From an uncultured Parachlamydiaceae bacterium (lineage in GTDB: Bacteria > Chlamydiota > Chlamydiia > Chlamydiales > Parachlamydiaceae): DNA of 64,000 nt. Both the position numbers and the translations under genes were made by a program. The stretch spans positions 704,001 to 768,000 of the forward strand of contig CAVULX010000004.1 in assembly GCA_963742415.1 (NCBI GenBank), in the 5' to 3' direction. Of this stretch, positions 9,634 to 21,035 are shown one piece after another. Numbering within the stretch: the stretch's first letter is position 1; each line of letters begins with the position of its first letter. The notes beneath the pieces are model-generated. The model saw only the letters and a list, made by a program, of their open reading frames with translations. It had not been told where the DNA came from and searched no databases.

Positions 9634-9825
9634 TTAACTTCTATTAGCTAGCAGCAACCAGCGGAGGATGATGTAGGTGGCCCAGATAAGGCCTGCTGTA
9701 ATTATTGCCGCTGCTAAACTGCCTCCAAATTCACTTGTATTCCGAAAAAAAATAATGAAACTGATGATGAGTGTAACAAGTGCAATAATGATACTCAACC
9801 GATCGATAAATTTTCCCTCTTGCAT
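9634..9825 (-). CDS. Small two-TM hypothetical protein
   Basis: 63 aa with two hydrophobic helices; AGGGG RBS-like sequence upstream. Confidence 0.6.
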   Translation of the reverse strand: MQEGKFIDRLSIIIALVTLIISFIIFFRNTSEFGGSLAAAIITAGLIWATYIILRWLLLANRS

Positions 9826-9955
9826 CTTACCCCTAAAATTTTAGGCAAAGCCGTTTTTGCAAAAAAAACATCTCTACGCCACTTTAAATTTTGCATGCTG
9901 TTAAAGTCAATATCTTGAAAAATCTCGCATGGCGACTGCGATTACGTTTAGTATT

Positions 9956-10092
9956 TAACGTAAGTTGCAAATAATTAAATTTATTGTCTCTCTGTGATCT
10001 CTGTGAGCTCTGTGATTGAATTTTAATAAACCACAGAGCTCACAGAGGTTTTTTAAACTTGATTACACTCAGTAATCTTCAACTCACATTAT
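9956..10092. repeat. MITE/REP-like palindromic element, copy 2
   Basis: Same flanks as 1709..1845 with the central spacer reverse-complemented. Confidence 0.85.
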
Positions 10093-10170
10093 TTATATAT
10101 TTTTAATAATAATTATATTGATTTTTTATAAGAAATAGTTTATATTCTTTTCTTTATGCATGGAGGCAAA

Positions 10171-10605
10171 ATGAAAAATAAACTATTTCTTTTTTTTATT
10201 ACCTTTGTTTATTTTCCAGTGATGATTTTCACAGCTGAAACAGGGGAATTAGATACAACTACCCGTTCTATCTATAAAGCTAATGCCTTTGCCCACAAAG
10301 GGCAATATCACGAAGCCCTTTCAGAGTTAAATCATGCCATTGCAAAGAATGAAAAATCGGCAAGAGCCCATAAAGTCAGAGGACATGTCTATATCGCTAT
10401 GGGCGAGCTCCAGCAAGCGCTCAACGATCTCAACCGCGTTGTTGAATTAGCGCCGAATAGCGCGACCCCTTATGTCGACCGCTCGATTGTTTATTATAAA
10501 TTAGGAAACCGCACACAAGCGATCAAAGACATTAATCGAGCGCTACAGTTATCTCCAAATAGTTCATTCGCCCAGGGCGTTAAAGAGAAAATTACGACTG
10601 AGTAA
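10171..10605 (+). CDS. Exported TPR-repeat protein
   Basis: Signal-peptide-like N terminus, three TPR motifs, GGAGG RBS; TTGATT-N17-TATATT at 10118..10146. Confidence 0.85.
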   Translation: MKNKLFLFFITFVYFPVMIFTAETGELDTTTRSIYKANAFAHKGQYHEALSELNHAIAKNEKSARAHKVRGHVYIAMGELQQALNDLNRVVELAPNSATPYVDRSIVYYKLGNRTQAIKDINRALQLSPNSSFAQGVKEKITTE

Positions 10606-10701
10606 TAACATGAGTTCAGGTTAATAGGGGAGTGTCTCTCCAATCCAAAAAAATATTGCTTTAATTCTAGAAAAAAATGACGATACACAAAATATCTTCA
10701 A

Positions 10702-11199
10702 TTGGGGGTTAAAGTGAAAATCGTTGACATTGGATTAAAGATTTATCGTGGAATCGTCTTTCTTGGAAATGCCTTGCAGTCCCCATTTTTATTGCTTGTG
10801 CGCATTATTTGGGGTTATCAGTTTTTTAAATCAGGGCTTGGAAAACTATCTAACCTTAGTACTGTCGTGGAATTTTTTGAGTCTTTAAATATCCCATTTC
10901 CCACCTTGAATGCCGCTCTTGTAGGATCCATTGAATGTCTTGGGGGTCTTTGCTTGCTATTTGGCGTTTTGTCCAGATTTGCTTCGATCCCACTTTTTTG
11001 CGTGATGGCAACAGCTTTAGCGACAGCCGATTATGAGGCCTTAAGCGACGCCTATAACAATTTCGCCCATTTGTTAGAACGTCCACCCATGACGTTCTTG
11101 ATGGCCGTGCTCATCATCTTTGTTTTCGGCCCCGGCAAGTACTCTGTCGACTACATGGTCGAATCAAACCTCAATCCAAACCCCAAAAACAAAAATTAG
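10702..11199 (+). CDS. DoxX family membrane protein
   Basis: LLLVRIIWGYQFFKSGLGKL, ECLGGLCLLFGVLSR, GPGKYSVD; start codon uncertain. Confidence 0.88.
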   Translation: MGVKVKIVDIGLKIYRGIVFLGNALQSPFLLLVRIIWGYQFFKSGLGKLSNLSTVVEFFESLNIPFPTLNAALVGSIECLGGLCLLFGVLSRFASIPLFCVMATALATADYEALSDAYNNFAHLLERPPMTFLMAVLIIFVFGPGKYSVDYMVESNLNPNPKNKN

Positions 11200-11333
11200 C
11201 TGCTGCGATAAGTGCGGGATAAGTTCAGTTTACCTATTTTAACATAACATCGATTATCAGACGTTGTTTTATAAAGAACCGAGCAACTGATCGTTTGAAT
11301 GATCAAGTTTGCAAGGTTAAAAACTAAAATGAA

Positions 11334-11813
11334 TTACAAAGCAGCTTTTTTATATTGAATTGATAAAGCTAGCAAAATGAATGCTAATAGAAGATCGGTT
11401 GCAAGGAACCAGCCGAAATCCCCTTTTGAAATCCCGTATTGGGCGATGCGAATGAGGTGTGCGATGCCGGTAAAAAATAAAAAGAGGCCATAGCCAATCC
11501 CTGTAGTCGCTCGCCATCCTCTGTCCATCCAAGGTGACAAGATCCCTAATACTCCAAATGTCAGGTTGGCTAATCCTAATTCCATTAGAAAAGGGGTGTT
11601 CGGCCACCCCAGAAATTCTGAAACAAGATCCGGATATAAAATTTGCCAAAACGCGCAGCTAAATCCTTGAATTCCCACAGCGATGAAAAGATAATAAAGG
11701 AGTATAATTTCTAGCTGTTTGCCCTTATCGGTCATCCTATGGCTCTGATAATATCCCAGCACAAATGGTAGCAGAATAAACAGCAAAGCCAGGCAAAAGT
11801 CTATCCAGTTCAT
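11334..11813 (-). CDS. Multi-TM membrane protein (DUF6790-like)
   Basis: GWPNTPFLMELGLANL motif, about five TM helices; ATG at 11813 follows AGGGG. Confidence 0.65.
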   Translation of the reverse strand: MNWIDFCLALLFILLPFVLGYYQSHRMTDKGKQLEIILLYYLFIAVGIQGFSCAFWQILYPDLVSEFLGWPNTPFLMELGLANLTFGVLGILSPWMDRGWRATTGIGYGLFLFFTGIAHLIRIAQYGISKGDFGWFLATDLLLAFILLALSIQYKKAAL

Positions 11814-11845
11814 AATACTACCCCTATTTATCAAGCTTATCTTAT

Positions 11846-11977
11846 CAGGATAAGCAGGATCGCAAAGCGGCAGGATAGGCAGGATCTTAAAAGATTATAT
11901 GATGAACTTGGTTCAGGTTTTCTTGAAATGCCTTCATCATCCTGCTTATCATGCCGCTTGCGATCCTGCTTATCCTG
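11846..11977. repeat. Palindromic element, CAGGAT family
   Basis: CAGGATAAGCAGGATCGCAAAGCGGCAGGATAGGCAGGAT pairs with ATCCTGCTTATCATGCCGCTTGCGATCCTGCTTATCCTG. Confidence 0.88.
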
Positions 11978-13541
11978 TGGATCTATTCCGTTTTGTTTCT
12001 ATTTTTCTTTTATTTTCTGTACGTGCTGATGCTGGTCTGAAATTAGATGTTGGGCCATTCTGTAAGACTTCGCTTTTTTCAGCAAGATCAGGCCTTTTAG
12101 GTCTTTCGGTTGCGACTTCATTAAATTCAACAGGTACAAACTCGGAAGGGTTCCCATCCTCAAGGTGCTCGTTGGAATTTATTTCATCGTCAGATTCCCA
12201 TTGCTCGGATTCTTCTTCTTCATCTGGCTTCGGAAAGCTGTAGATCTTTTCAGCGAGATAAACTGAATCTAACGCTTCTAAAACTTGTTGCAAAACAACG
12301 GGAGGCCTGAGATCGTCTGCAGTACATAACTCCAGGGCTTTCAAGACTTTTTCTGCATTCGGTCGGTTTTCTGGTTTTTTTTGAATAAGGCAACGTATAA
12401 TGAGATCAAAAGGATTATGAACGTTAAGATGAAGATTTGACAGCCATTCATCATAATTTTGGCTATATTCTAGTTTTGAAAATTCTGTTCCGTATTTTAT
12501 CGCATAGGCCGTCATCCCCAGAGCAAACGTGTCCAAAGAGGTGTTTTGACTAATTCTAGAGTCATCTTCCTCATCTTGCTCATCATCACTCTCATTTTGT
12601 GGCAATATTTCTGGAGCCATATATCCAGGAGTGCCGACAATATAATCTATCCTGCCGGCATGAGTAATAAAATCGAAGTCCCCCAATCGGGCTTCAAAAG
12701 TTCCATTATCTGTTATGTTTAATAAAACATTATCGGGCTTTAAATCTCGGTGTACGAATTTTTTTTTGTGAATATAAATCAAAGCGGTTGTTAACTGTTT
12801 TATGATTTCTAATTTGTTTTCGGGAGAGATGAAATTTATATCGTCCAACTGAGTGAAAAGATCTTCTCCATCACAATACTCTTGAACGGATTGGAAGAGT
12901 TCATTTTCTTTTTTAATGTAAATAAGAAGTTTGACGATGAAAGGGACGTTTGCATCTGATAACTCTTTATGGATTTTATACGCCCTTTCTAAACGATTTC
13001 TTGGAGAAGCATACAGTTTGCACTCTTTTCCATTGATGACCTCAATAATTTTTACTTCTTTTCTATGAATAACGAATTCCCCGTTTTCCATGGCGACAAT
13101 GGATATTAAATTAAAAGTTCCACGAGGTAATTTTTTAACATTAATAAAAGAATATTTTATATTCCTATTAACAAATACATAACCCGTCAGGTTATTTTGC
13201 GTAATATGGTCAAAAAAATTAAACTTATTAAAATTCTTTAATTTTTTTCCTTGCTGAATTTCCTTTTTAAAGAGGTTCCAAATTCGAAGTTTACTACTTT
13301 CAGCAATCATTGAAGCCGAATAGGGGCCTATATTTTTGGTGTGCTTAAACTTTTGTGGACGGTCCCTATTTATTCCTGAAAGCAGTTCAATTTTATGCAA
13401 ACCCCACTCTAAAGTAGAAATGCAGGGTTGGACAAGCTTCCAGAACATATTAGATATTTTTTGGATAATTGGAGAAAATTTGGTTCCTCCTAATGAAGAC
13501 CAATAATTACATTGGGGAGGACCTGGATGGATTGCTTCCAT
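11970..13541 (-). CDS. Eukaryote-like Ser/Thr protein kinase with acidic tail
   Basis: QEYCDGEDL, VHRDLKPDNVL, GDFD, GTPGYMAPE, DTFALG, PENRPNA. Confidence 0.9.
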   Translation of the reverse strand: MEAIHPGPPQCNYWSSLGGTKFSPIIQKISNMFWKLVQPCISTLEWGLHKIELLSGINRDRPQKFKHTKNIGPYSASMIAESSKLRIWNLFKKEIQQGKKLKNFNKFNFFDHITQNNLTGYVFVNRNIKYSFINVKKLPRGTFNLISIVAMENGEFVIHRKEVKIIEVINGKECKLYASPRNRLERAYKIHKELSDANVPFIVKLLIYIKKENELFQSVQEYCDGEDLFTQLDDINFISPENKLEIIKQLTTALIYIHKKKFVHRDLKPDNVLLNITDNGTFEARLGDFDFITHAGRIDYIVGTPGYMAPEILPQNESDDEQDEEDDSRISQNTSLDTFALGMTAYAIKYGTEFSKLEYSQNYDEWLSNLHLNVHNPFDLIIRCLIQKKPENRPNAEKVLKALELCTADDLRPPVVLQQVLEALDSVYLAEKIYSFPKPDEEEESEQWESDDEINSNEHLEDGNPSEFVPVEFNEVATERPKRPDLAEKSEVLQNGPTSNFRPASARTENKRKIETKRNRSTG

Positions 13542-13568
13542 ATAAACCTTTATTAAAGTCGAATTGTA

Positions 13569-14969
13569 TTAAAAATGGATAGCACGTCCCAGTGCATTGA
13601 GCGCTGCTTCCTTAATGGCTTCCGTCAAGGTTGGATGAGCATGGGAAGCATAGGCCAAGTCGGTGACAGTCCCCTTTTTTTCCATAGCCAAGACCCCCTC
13701 GCCAATCATTTCAGAAGCATGGGTTCCAAGGATGTGCAAACCTATCAGCCGATCGGTTCCGCTTTCACCAATAACCTTAACAAATCCTTCTGTCTCCCCT
13801 AAAGCCCGCGCACGAGAATTCGCTTTAAAAAAGCAAATCCCTATTTTTGTTTTTAAACCCGCTCCTTTGGCTTCTTCTTCTGTCATCCCTAATGCTGCCA
13901 CTTCTGGGTGGGTGTAGATCACATTAGGAATGGTTAAATAATTAACATGGGGACTTTGTCCTGCGATGATTTCAGCGGCAGCTACCCCTTCTTCTGAGGC
14001 GCGATGTGCCAATAACATCCCTTCAATAGCATCTCCGATGGCATATATGTGTGGAATCGAAGTCCTAAAATTGCTGTCGATTTCGATGAAGCCTTTGCTG
14101 TTGGTCTTGATTCCGAGTTCTTGGAGACCGAGTCCTTTGGTATAAGGGCGCCTTCCTATGGCTACTAAAACAACATCCCCGGTAAAGTCGCTTATTTTTT
14201 GATCCACTTCCACCGTTAAAGCAACTCCGGAATTGGATGTCTTGGCTTGTGTTACCTTGGCCCCCAGATGAAATTCTAGCCCCTGCTTTTTTAAAATTTG
14301 TAAAAGCATTTTGCTGACGGCCCCATCCATGGCCGGACAAATATTATTCAGCATCTCTATAATTGTTATTTGAGTTCCTAGCCTGCTATAAACAGAGGCA
14401 AGTTCGACGCCAATGACCCCTGCACCTACAACCAACATTTTCTTAGGAATCGTGGGAAAAGCCAAAGCTCCTGTTGAGGACAAGACTTTTTTTTCATCAA
14501 AGGGCAAAAAAGGTAAAGGGATAGGCTCCGATCCGGTAGCTAGAATAATGTTTTCCGCTTCGATGACCTCTTTGCCACTCCCCTTCTGTATTTCAATTGA
14601 GTGGGGAGAAACCAAATTGGCCACCCCTTCGATTTTATCGATCTCATTTTTTTTAAATAGCCCCTCAATTCCTTTGACGTGGCTTTGTACAATACTATTT
14701 TTCCGCTCTTGCATCTGTTGAAAATTGACCTTGGTTTCATTGATTTCCAGGCCATGTTCTTTTGCACTTTTTTGAATCCATTCATAGTATTCCGTGGAGG
14801 TCAATAGTGCTTTAGAAGGGATGCAGCCGACATTTAGACAGGTTCCGCCTAAAGTTTTTTCTTTTTCGATACAAACTGTTTTCATGCCCAACTGAGCGCA
14901 CCGTATCGCGGCTACATAACCTCCTGGTCCAGATCCAATTACGGCAACTTTATATTGTTTTTTTTCCAT
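13569..14969 (-). CDS. lpdA: Dihydrolipoamide dehydrogenase (E3)
   Basis: GSGPGGYVAAI, GGTCLNVGCIPSK, HAHPTLTEA. Confidence 0.97.
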   Translation of the reverse strand: MEKKQYKVAVIGSGPGGYVAAIRCAQLGMKTVCIEKEKTLGGTCLNVGCIPSKALLTSTEYYEWIQKSAKEHGLEINETKVNFQQMQERKNSIVQSHVKGIEGLFKKNEIDKIEGVANLVSPHSIEIQKGSGKEVIEAENIILATGSEPIPLPFLPFDEKKVLSSTGALAFPTIPKKMLVVGAGVIGVELASVYSRLGTQITIIEMLNNICPAMDGAVSKMLLQILKKQGLEFHLGAKVTQAKTSNSGVALTVEVDQKISDFTGDVVLVAIGRRPYTKGLGLQELGIKTNSKGFIEIDSNFRTSIPHIYAIGDAIEGMLLAHRASEEGVAAAEIIAGQSPHVNYLTIPNVIYTHPEVAALGMTEEEAKGAGLKTKIGICFFKANSRARALGETEGFVKVIGESGTDRLIGLHILGTHASEMIGEGVLAMEKKGTVTDLAYASHAHPTLTEAIKEAALNALGRAIHF

Positions 14970-14977
14970 CGAAGTTC

Positions 14978-16204
14978 CTATAAATCCAAAAGTTCGAGAG
15001 CGGGATCTTCTAAGTGATTTTTAATATACACCAAAAACGAAACAGCTTCTTTTCCATCTACGATCCGATGATCATAACTTAAGGCTAAATACATCATGGG
15101 TCTTATAACAACCTGGTCATCGAGTGCAATCGGTCTTTTTTGAATTTTGTGCATTCCTAAGATAGCCGATTGTGGTGGGTTTAAAATCGGTGTCGATAGT
15201 AGCGACCCGTAAACACCCCCATTCGTGATGGTAAACCCGCCCCCTTGAAGGTCATCTACACCTATAGTTCCTGCGCGGGCTCTGGCGGCAAAATTTTCAA
15301 TCCCTTTTTCAATTTGGGGATAAGTCAATGTTTCACAATTCCGCAAAACTGGAACAAACACTCCTCGTTCTGTACCCACGGCCACACCAATATGGCAGTA
15401 TTCTCGATGAACAATTTCATCTCCTTCGAGATAGGAATTAAAATCGGGGAATTCAGACAAAGCCGAAGCCGCAGCTTTGACAAAAAAGGACATCAGCCCC
15501 AATTTGACGCCATGTTTTTTTAGAAATTCTTCACGGTGCTTTTCGCGGAGGGACATCACTTGAGTCATATCAACTTCATTAAACGTCGTCAACATGGCAG
15601 TGGTTCGTAACACTTCGACCAATCGATCTGCAATCACCCGTCTTATTTTTGGCATCTTCCTGCGGGTTTCTTGGAGAGGTTGAGCTGCTTCAGCCCCAGG
15701 AGCTATTTCTTTAGTTTGCATTTCCGCTTTAGGCTGAAATTCGACAGTAGACGTTTTACTCATGATCTCTTCTAAAAAAGCATCCCTTGTCAATCGAGCC
15801 TGGCCGGCAAGAGGCTGCTTTGACTTTTCAGCTTCCGGAAACTTTTTTGCTCCCCCTTTGCTTCCAGCGGGAGGCAGCACAGGTGCACCCGCTTTAGGCC
15901 CTGGTTCTTCTGTTGAAGGCTTTGAAGCTTCCGGTGCGGGTTTCGCTTCCGCTGATGTTGACTTTACCCCCTCTGAATCGACATATCCGATCACTTGTCC
16001 AATCTTGACATGATCCCCTGAATTAACTGTAAGGGTTAAAGACCCATCTTGAGGGGCATAAAGAACCTGATTTACTTTATCTGTTTCCAGCTCCAATATC
16101 TCTTCATCCACCTTGACTGCAGAACCCGAGGGTTTGATAATGTTCCCTATGGTAGCTTCACTGATGGATTCGCCCATTCCCGGAACTTTTATATCAGCTT
16201 TCAT
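14978..16204 (-). CDS. sucB: 2-oxoglutarate dehydrogenase E2 (dihydrolipoyl succinyltransferase)
   Basis: Lipoyl site [28 protein letters not shown]. Confidence 0.97.
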   Translation of the reverse strand: MKADIKVPGMGESISEATIGNIIKPSGSAVKVDEEILELETDKVNQVLYAPQDGSLTLTVNSGDHVKIGQVIGYVDSEGVKSTSAEAKPAPEASKPSTEEPGPKAGAPVLPPAGSKGGAKKFPEAEKSKQPLAGQARLTRDAFLEEIMSKTSTVEFQPKAEMQTKEIAPGAEAAQPLQETRRKMPKIRRVIADRLVEVLRTTAMLTTFNEVDMTQVMSLREKHREEFLKKHGVKLGLMSFFVKAAASALSEFPDFNSYLEGDEIVHREYCHIGVAVGTERGVFVPVLRNCETLTYPQIEKGIENFAARARAGTIGVDDLQGGGFTITNGGVYGSLLSTPILNPPQSAILGMHKIQKRPIALDDQVVIRPMMYLALSYDHRIVDGKEAVSFLVYIKNHLEDPALELLDL

Positions 16205-16221
16205 AGCTTCCTCACAATTTT

Positions 16222-19047
16222 CTAACTTTTGATCCCGGTTTCGGGATGGGGCATACGGAGCTCATACTGTTTGAACAACTCTTTCATAATGGCCGCCAAC
16301 TCCCTTTTATGCAGTAAATATGATCCCACGGCTGTAGAAGCGCTGCGAGCTCTTCCGACAAACCGGATCTCTTTTTGCTTCGGGATGATTTTTCGAAATT
16401 CAGATTGCATGAATTCCCAAGCCCCCATATTGACTGGTTCTTCTTGAGCCCAAATGATCTCCTGGTGTTCTCCATAACGATTGAATATCTCTTTTAATTT
16501 TTCTGTGTGAAGAGGATAGAGTTGTTCAACTCGTACGACAGCCAAGTCTTTGGCTTGCAATTTTCTTTTTTCCGCAAGGATATCGTAATAAATCCTGCCG
16601 CTGCAAAAGATTAAACGTTTGACATTTTTTGGACGGGATGGATCGTCTATGATTTCCTGAAACTGACCTGTGGAAAGCTCTTCAATTGTACTGACACAAT
16701 CAGGATGGCGTAAGAGCCCTTTTGGAGTAAAAATGATAAGCGGTTTTTTTGACGGGTTTTTCGTTTGCTTTCGAAGGAGGTGGAATATTTGGGCTGGCGT
16801 CGTTGGATTGGCAATTCGGATATTGTTATGCCCAGCAAGCTGCAAAAACCGTTCGATCCGCCCCGAGGAATGCTCAGGCCCTTGCCCTTCATATCCGTGG
16901 GGCAAATACAAGACAAGACCCGATTTCAGCCCCCATTTCTGTTCTGCCGGAGCGATGAATTGATCGATGACAACTTGTCCGCCGTTGGAAAAATCACCGA
17001 ATTGGGCTTCCCAGATGACGAGTGCGGATGAATAGGACTCGCTGTAGCCATATTCAAAGCCTAACACTGCATTTTCCGACAAAGAAGAATTATAAATATC
17101 AAAACGCCCTTGCTGAGGTGACAAATGTTTGAGAGGATAGTATGCTTTTTCCTGAACTTGATCCATCCACATTGCATGCCGGTGGCTGAATGTTCCTCTG
17201 CAGCTATCTTGGCCAGATATACGGACATGGATGCCTTCCAAAAGCAAGGAGGCGTAAGCAAGCAATTCAGCCATCCCCCAATCTAAAGGTTTGCTATCCC
17301 CTCCCCCTTTTACCATCTCTAGCCGTTCTTTATTTAAATTAACAAGCTTTGGGTGGATATTAAATCCTTCCGGAACAAAACAAAGTCTTGAAGCAGCTGT
17401 TTGCAGGAGATCCAAAGGAACTCGGGTATCGATTTCTTGAAACTGAGAACGATCATCAGTCTCTTCTGAAAGGAATTCAATCCCCTCTTTTTTCTCAGGG
17501 ATTTTCACACTTTTTAAAGCTTGATTCAGGGCTTTTTTGAATTCAGCTTCTACCGATTCGGCTAAATATTTTTCTACCACTCCTCTTTGAATCAAGTTGT
17601 CCCGATAAAGATCCCTTATCGGTTTTTTTTTGCGGATTAATTGATACTCAATGGGTTGAGTAAAAGCGGGTTCATCGGCTTCGTTATGCCCATATTTTCT
17701 ATAACAATTAAGGTCGATAAAAACATCGCAATGGAATTTTTGCCGCAATTCCACGGCTAGATGGGTAGCATAGACGCATCCATCGGGGTCTTCGGCATTG
17801 ACGTGGAAGACGGGAGCTCCAAAAGCTTTAGCGATGTCTGAACAATAGAGGGTCGAGCGGGTATCTTTGGGGGAAGTTGTAAAGCCGATTTGATTGTTTA
17901 TGATAATGTGGATGGTTCCTCCTGTGGAGTACCCCTCGAGCTTATATAGTTGCATCGTTTCATAAACGACCCCCTGTCCTGCAAGAGATGCATCGCCATG
18001 AATGAGGATCGGCACAACTTTTTCTTGTTTTATTTCATCTCCTGTTTGCACCTGTTTAGCGCGTGTCATCCCTTCAACAACCGGATCTACAGACTCCAAA
18101 TGACTGGGATTAGGGGAAAGATCGATACGGACTTTTTTTCCATTTTGTGTCGACACTTCAGCAAAGAACCCTTTGTGGTACTTGACATCTCCGCTCCCTT
18201 CGTAGGAATCGGGAATGTAAGACTCATCAAATTCCGAGAAGATTTCTGTGTATGATTTATTTAAAATGTTGGCTAGGACGTTTAATCTGCCCCGATGGGC
18301 CATCCCTACCACATACTCCTCCATCCCCAGTTGAGATCCAGCTTCCAGGATGGCAGAAAGCATAGGAATCAAGGTTTCCGCCCCTTCCAAAGAAAAACGT
18401 TTCTGCCCGACATATTTTGTATGTAAAAAAGATTCAAGCAATTCCGATTTATTCAATTGCTGGAGGATCATCTGTTTTTGATCGATCGTCAAATTAGCTT
18501 TGAAAAGGGTGGGCTCAATCTTTTGTTGGAGCCATTGTTCCAGCTGCGGGTTTTCGACCTCCATGTATTCGACACCGATATTATCACAATAAATTGTTTG
18601 AAGCGTGTTGACAATGGTCAGTAAAGGGGCTTCCTTTTCAGCGAGCAGTCCGAATGTTGCAAAAGGCTTCGACAAATCTTTAGATGTGAATCCATAAGTC
18701 TCTAGTTTCAATTGCCAAGGCTCTCCAATAGGATGTGTGGTGATAGGGTTAATTTTCGCTTTAAGATGACCGAATTCCCTATATCCTTGTATAAGATTGT
18801 AAACGCGTATATCTGCTGTTTCCGGTGAAGCTTTTGTTCGATAGAGAACCGACACCTCTTTTTCCACGGGGGGCTGTAAGGTGATTTGCATGTCATAAGC
18901 TTGCATTGCTGAAGAGGGTGCGGCTTGGGAAGTTTGAAGGGTATCGAAAAATTGGCGCCAAGAGGAATCTAAGCTCCCTGGATCGCGGCAATATTGATCG
19001 TATTGCTCCTCGATAAAGGAGAGGTTTGAAAAACCTAACAATGTCAT
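16222..19047 (-). CDS. sucA: 2-oxoglutarate dehydrogenase E1
   Basis: [38 protein letters not shown]. Confidence 0.97.
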   Translation of the reverse strand: MTLLGFSNLSFIEEQYDQYCRDPGSLDSSWRQFFDTLQTSQAAPSSAMQAYDMQITLQPPVEKEVSVLYRTKASPETADIRVYNLIQGYREFGHLKAKINPITTHPIGEPWQLKLETYGFTSKDLSKPFATFGLLAEKEAPLLTIVNTLQTIYCDNIGVEYMEVENPQLEQWLQQKIEPTLFKANLTIDQKQMILQQLNKSELLESFLHTKYVGQKRFSLEGAETLIPMLSAILEAGSQLGMEEYVVGMAHRGRLNVLANILNKSYTEIFSEFDESYIPDSYEGSGDVKYHKGFFAEVSTQNGKKVRIDLSPNPSHLESVDPVVEGMTRAKQVQTGDEIKQEKVVPILIHGDASLAGQGVVYETMQLYKLEGYSTGGTIHIIINNQIGFTTSPKDTRSTLYCSDIAKAFGAPVFHVNAEDPDGCVYATHLAVELRQKFHCDVFIDLNCYRKYGHNEADEPAFTQPIEYQLIRKKKPIRDLYRDNLIQRGVVEKYLAESVEAEFKKALNQALKSVKIPEKKEGIEFLSEETDDRSQFQEIDTRVPLDLLQTAASRLCFVPEGFNIHPKLVNLNKERLEMVKGGGDSKPLDWGMAELLAYASLLLEGIHVRISGQDSCRGTFSHRHAMWMDQVQEKAYYPLKHLSPQQGRFDIYNSSLSENAVLGFEYGYSESYSSALVIWEAQFGDFSNGGQVVIDQFIAPAEQKWGLKSGLVLYLPHGYEGQGPEHSSGRIERFLQLAGHNNIRIANPTTPAQIFHLLRKQTKNPSKKPLIIFTPKGLLRHPDCVSTIEELSTGQFQEIIDDPSRPKNVKRLIFCSGRIYYDILAEKRKLQAKDLAVVRVEQLYPLHTEKLKEIFNRYGEHQEIIWAQEEPVNMGAWEFMQSEFRKIIPKQKEIRFVGRARSASTAVGSYLLHKRELAAIMKELFKQYELRMPHPETGIKS

Positions 19048-19149
19048 CGCTTCTTTCCTGATTCATGCCTATGTTATCAGAATATATATGAATTATTTGT
19101 ATACAAGACAAGAATAAGCTTGTAGTTGCTGCTGGTTGACTGAATAAGT

Positions 19150-19380
19150 AACCACAGAGCCGGTGAGATCTCTGAGGAGTTTTGAGATCAATGAGAAAAG
19201 ATTACGATATAATTCAGTAACTTAGGAAAACACATTCCATTAAATAGTCATAAAAAACCATTAGAAGGATTTTTCGATGCTGCATTGATTATACATTATA
19301 AAAAAAATTACTGGGTCAGAGTTTTAAACGTTCTCTCATTGATCTCAAAACTCCTCAGTGATCTTACTGGCTCTGTGGTT
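19150..19380. repeat. Palindromic element, ACCACAGAGCC family
   Basis: AACCACAGAGCCGGTGAGATCTCTGAGGAGTTTTGAGATCAATGAGA pairs with TCTCATTGATCTCAAAACTCCTCAGTGATCTTACTGGCTCTGTGGTT. Confidence 0.9.
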
Positions 19381-19390
19381 ATTCATTCAG

Positions 19391-20642
19391 TCAGCAACTC
19401 ACCGGCTCGTGGTTTTTAATTTTTAAATTATCCAAAAGTAAAGTAGCCTTTTCAACATAGCCTGATAAACCCTTAGCTTTAAATAGACTAAGCATTGCAT
19501 GAAGGCACTTTTCTTTTTCTAAGTTATTTAAAGGAGCGATTGAATACAATTCAATTGCTTCTTCATCGCATCCTTCTACAATAAGCTCCTGTATCATGGA
19601 AGAGCAGTTATAATAATACTCAATAGGAAATAGTACTTCACAATACTCATGCGAATATTGTGCAATAACAGGGTCGTCTTTAAACATTTTGTATAAATCG
19701 AACAAGAGTTTAATTGAAGGTCTGTAGCAATCGGAAAAACATGCTATTCTAATGGTAATTTTTAATCTCATTGCTATATTTTTATCTTTATATAATAAAT
19801 CAGCTAATTTAAGAATATTCGTCTTATCGTTTAAGCTTATGCACTTTTTTAAAATATACGAAGTACAAACAGAAAATCCTTGAAGCATCTTTATCGAAGA
19901 GTGTTTTCGAATAACATCTAATGCTTCCTCAATATTTTTGTTACATGAATTGATGATTTGTTTAAAAAAAGGCAAATCGGAAAATGCAATGGTTCCAAGA
20001 GGATTATTACCAACCACCTCTTCTTTGAACTTTTGCAATGGAATTTCAAGTAAATGTGTTTTCAAAAAAAACGTTAATACGTGAGTCTATAAAAGCTCTC
20101 TTATCTCGGTATCCAAGCTCATTAAGAGCTCCAAGATAGTTTTTTGAATGGTTTAAAAAAGCTTCATAAGAGCTCATTTGTAACTGAGAACAAGCAAATT
20201 CTATATCAATCAAATTTTCATAGTCAGAATTACATTCAACTAATGAGTTATCTTTAATCAATTTTACTGACTCTTGAAGGTTTCTCCTAATTGTGGACAT
20301 CCTAATAAAAAAGCTTCTACCATCCACCTGTGTGTCAAGGTATTCGTCAATTTTTGTTTCCCACTTTATCTTATGAAATCTAGTTCTAACTGATAGATAA
20401 CACATAAATATTTTTGCCCAAGGCACCCACAATATTTTTCTATTTTGCTTATCGTTGATATGGACGCACCATTCTTTGCAAGTAAGGGAAGCTATGGCGA
20501 GACGGCTGGGAGGCAAAAATTGAAAAATATGCAAGATTATTTCCGAGGGAATGTTTTGAAATGCCTCCTTCTTAGTATAAGAACTTATGTCTAAATTAGA
20601 ATGAAAACTTACGAGATCGGGGTTTACTTTTGTAGTTGTCAA
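19391..20642 (-). pseudogene. F-box protein gene apparently split by a 1-nt frameshift in a T8 tract (ORFs 20046..20642 and 19391..20065)
   Basis: F-box IPSEIILHIFQFLPPSRLAIASLTCKEW; removing one T from the run (A8 on + strand at 20064..20071) joins ...INVF to LKTHLLEIP. Confidence 0.6.
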
Positions 20643-20744
20643 TTGAATACTCCAAATAAAAATTACACGTAGAATATACCGAGAAATTATTAATGTAGCA
20701 ACATTTGATTATTTTGATTGAATTTTCGAAATGAGTGAATAAAT

Positions 20745-20790
20745 AACCAAGAGCCAGTGAGATCACTGAGGTGTTTTGAGAACAATGAGG
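20745..20790 (+). repeat. Lone arm of the ACCACAGAGCC family
   Basis: AACCAAGAGCCAGTGAGATCACTGAGGTGTTTTGAGAACAATGAG. Confidence 0.75.
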
Positions 20791-21035
20791 AGTTTGACAA
20801 AAGAATTGGGTAACATAGGTAATACTTTGATTTACCTGTAAAGGTAATACTCTTAAATTATTGAATAAAACCAAAGAAAAATTGATAACTTCGGAAGTAG
20901 TCGGTGCTGAACTCCTAGTAATTTCCTTTGAAAATGATGTAAGCATGCATTTTTGATTTAAATAAATTTGCAAAGAATATGGCTTTTAGCCTCAAAAGCT
21001 TGCAAATTTTTTCCTGAAACTGTCTTCTATGAAAG

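Noticed and set aside
11200..11333. Possible degenerate repeat or ncRNA between convergent genes
   Set aside because: Only a short imperfect hairpin and no second copy in the window
13575..18896. Many antisense and alternate-frame ORFs within lpdA/sucB/sucA and other long genes
   Set aside because: Shadow ORFs of well-supported genes
18893..19111. Alternative frameshifted N terminus of sucA
   Set aside because: The ATG at 19047 has an AGGA upstream and gives a full-length E1
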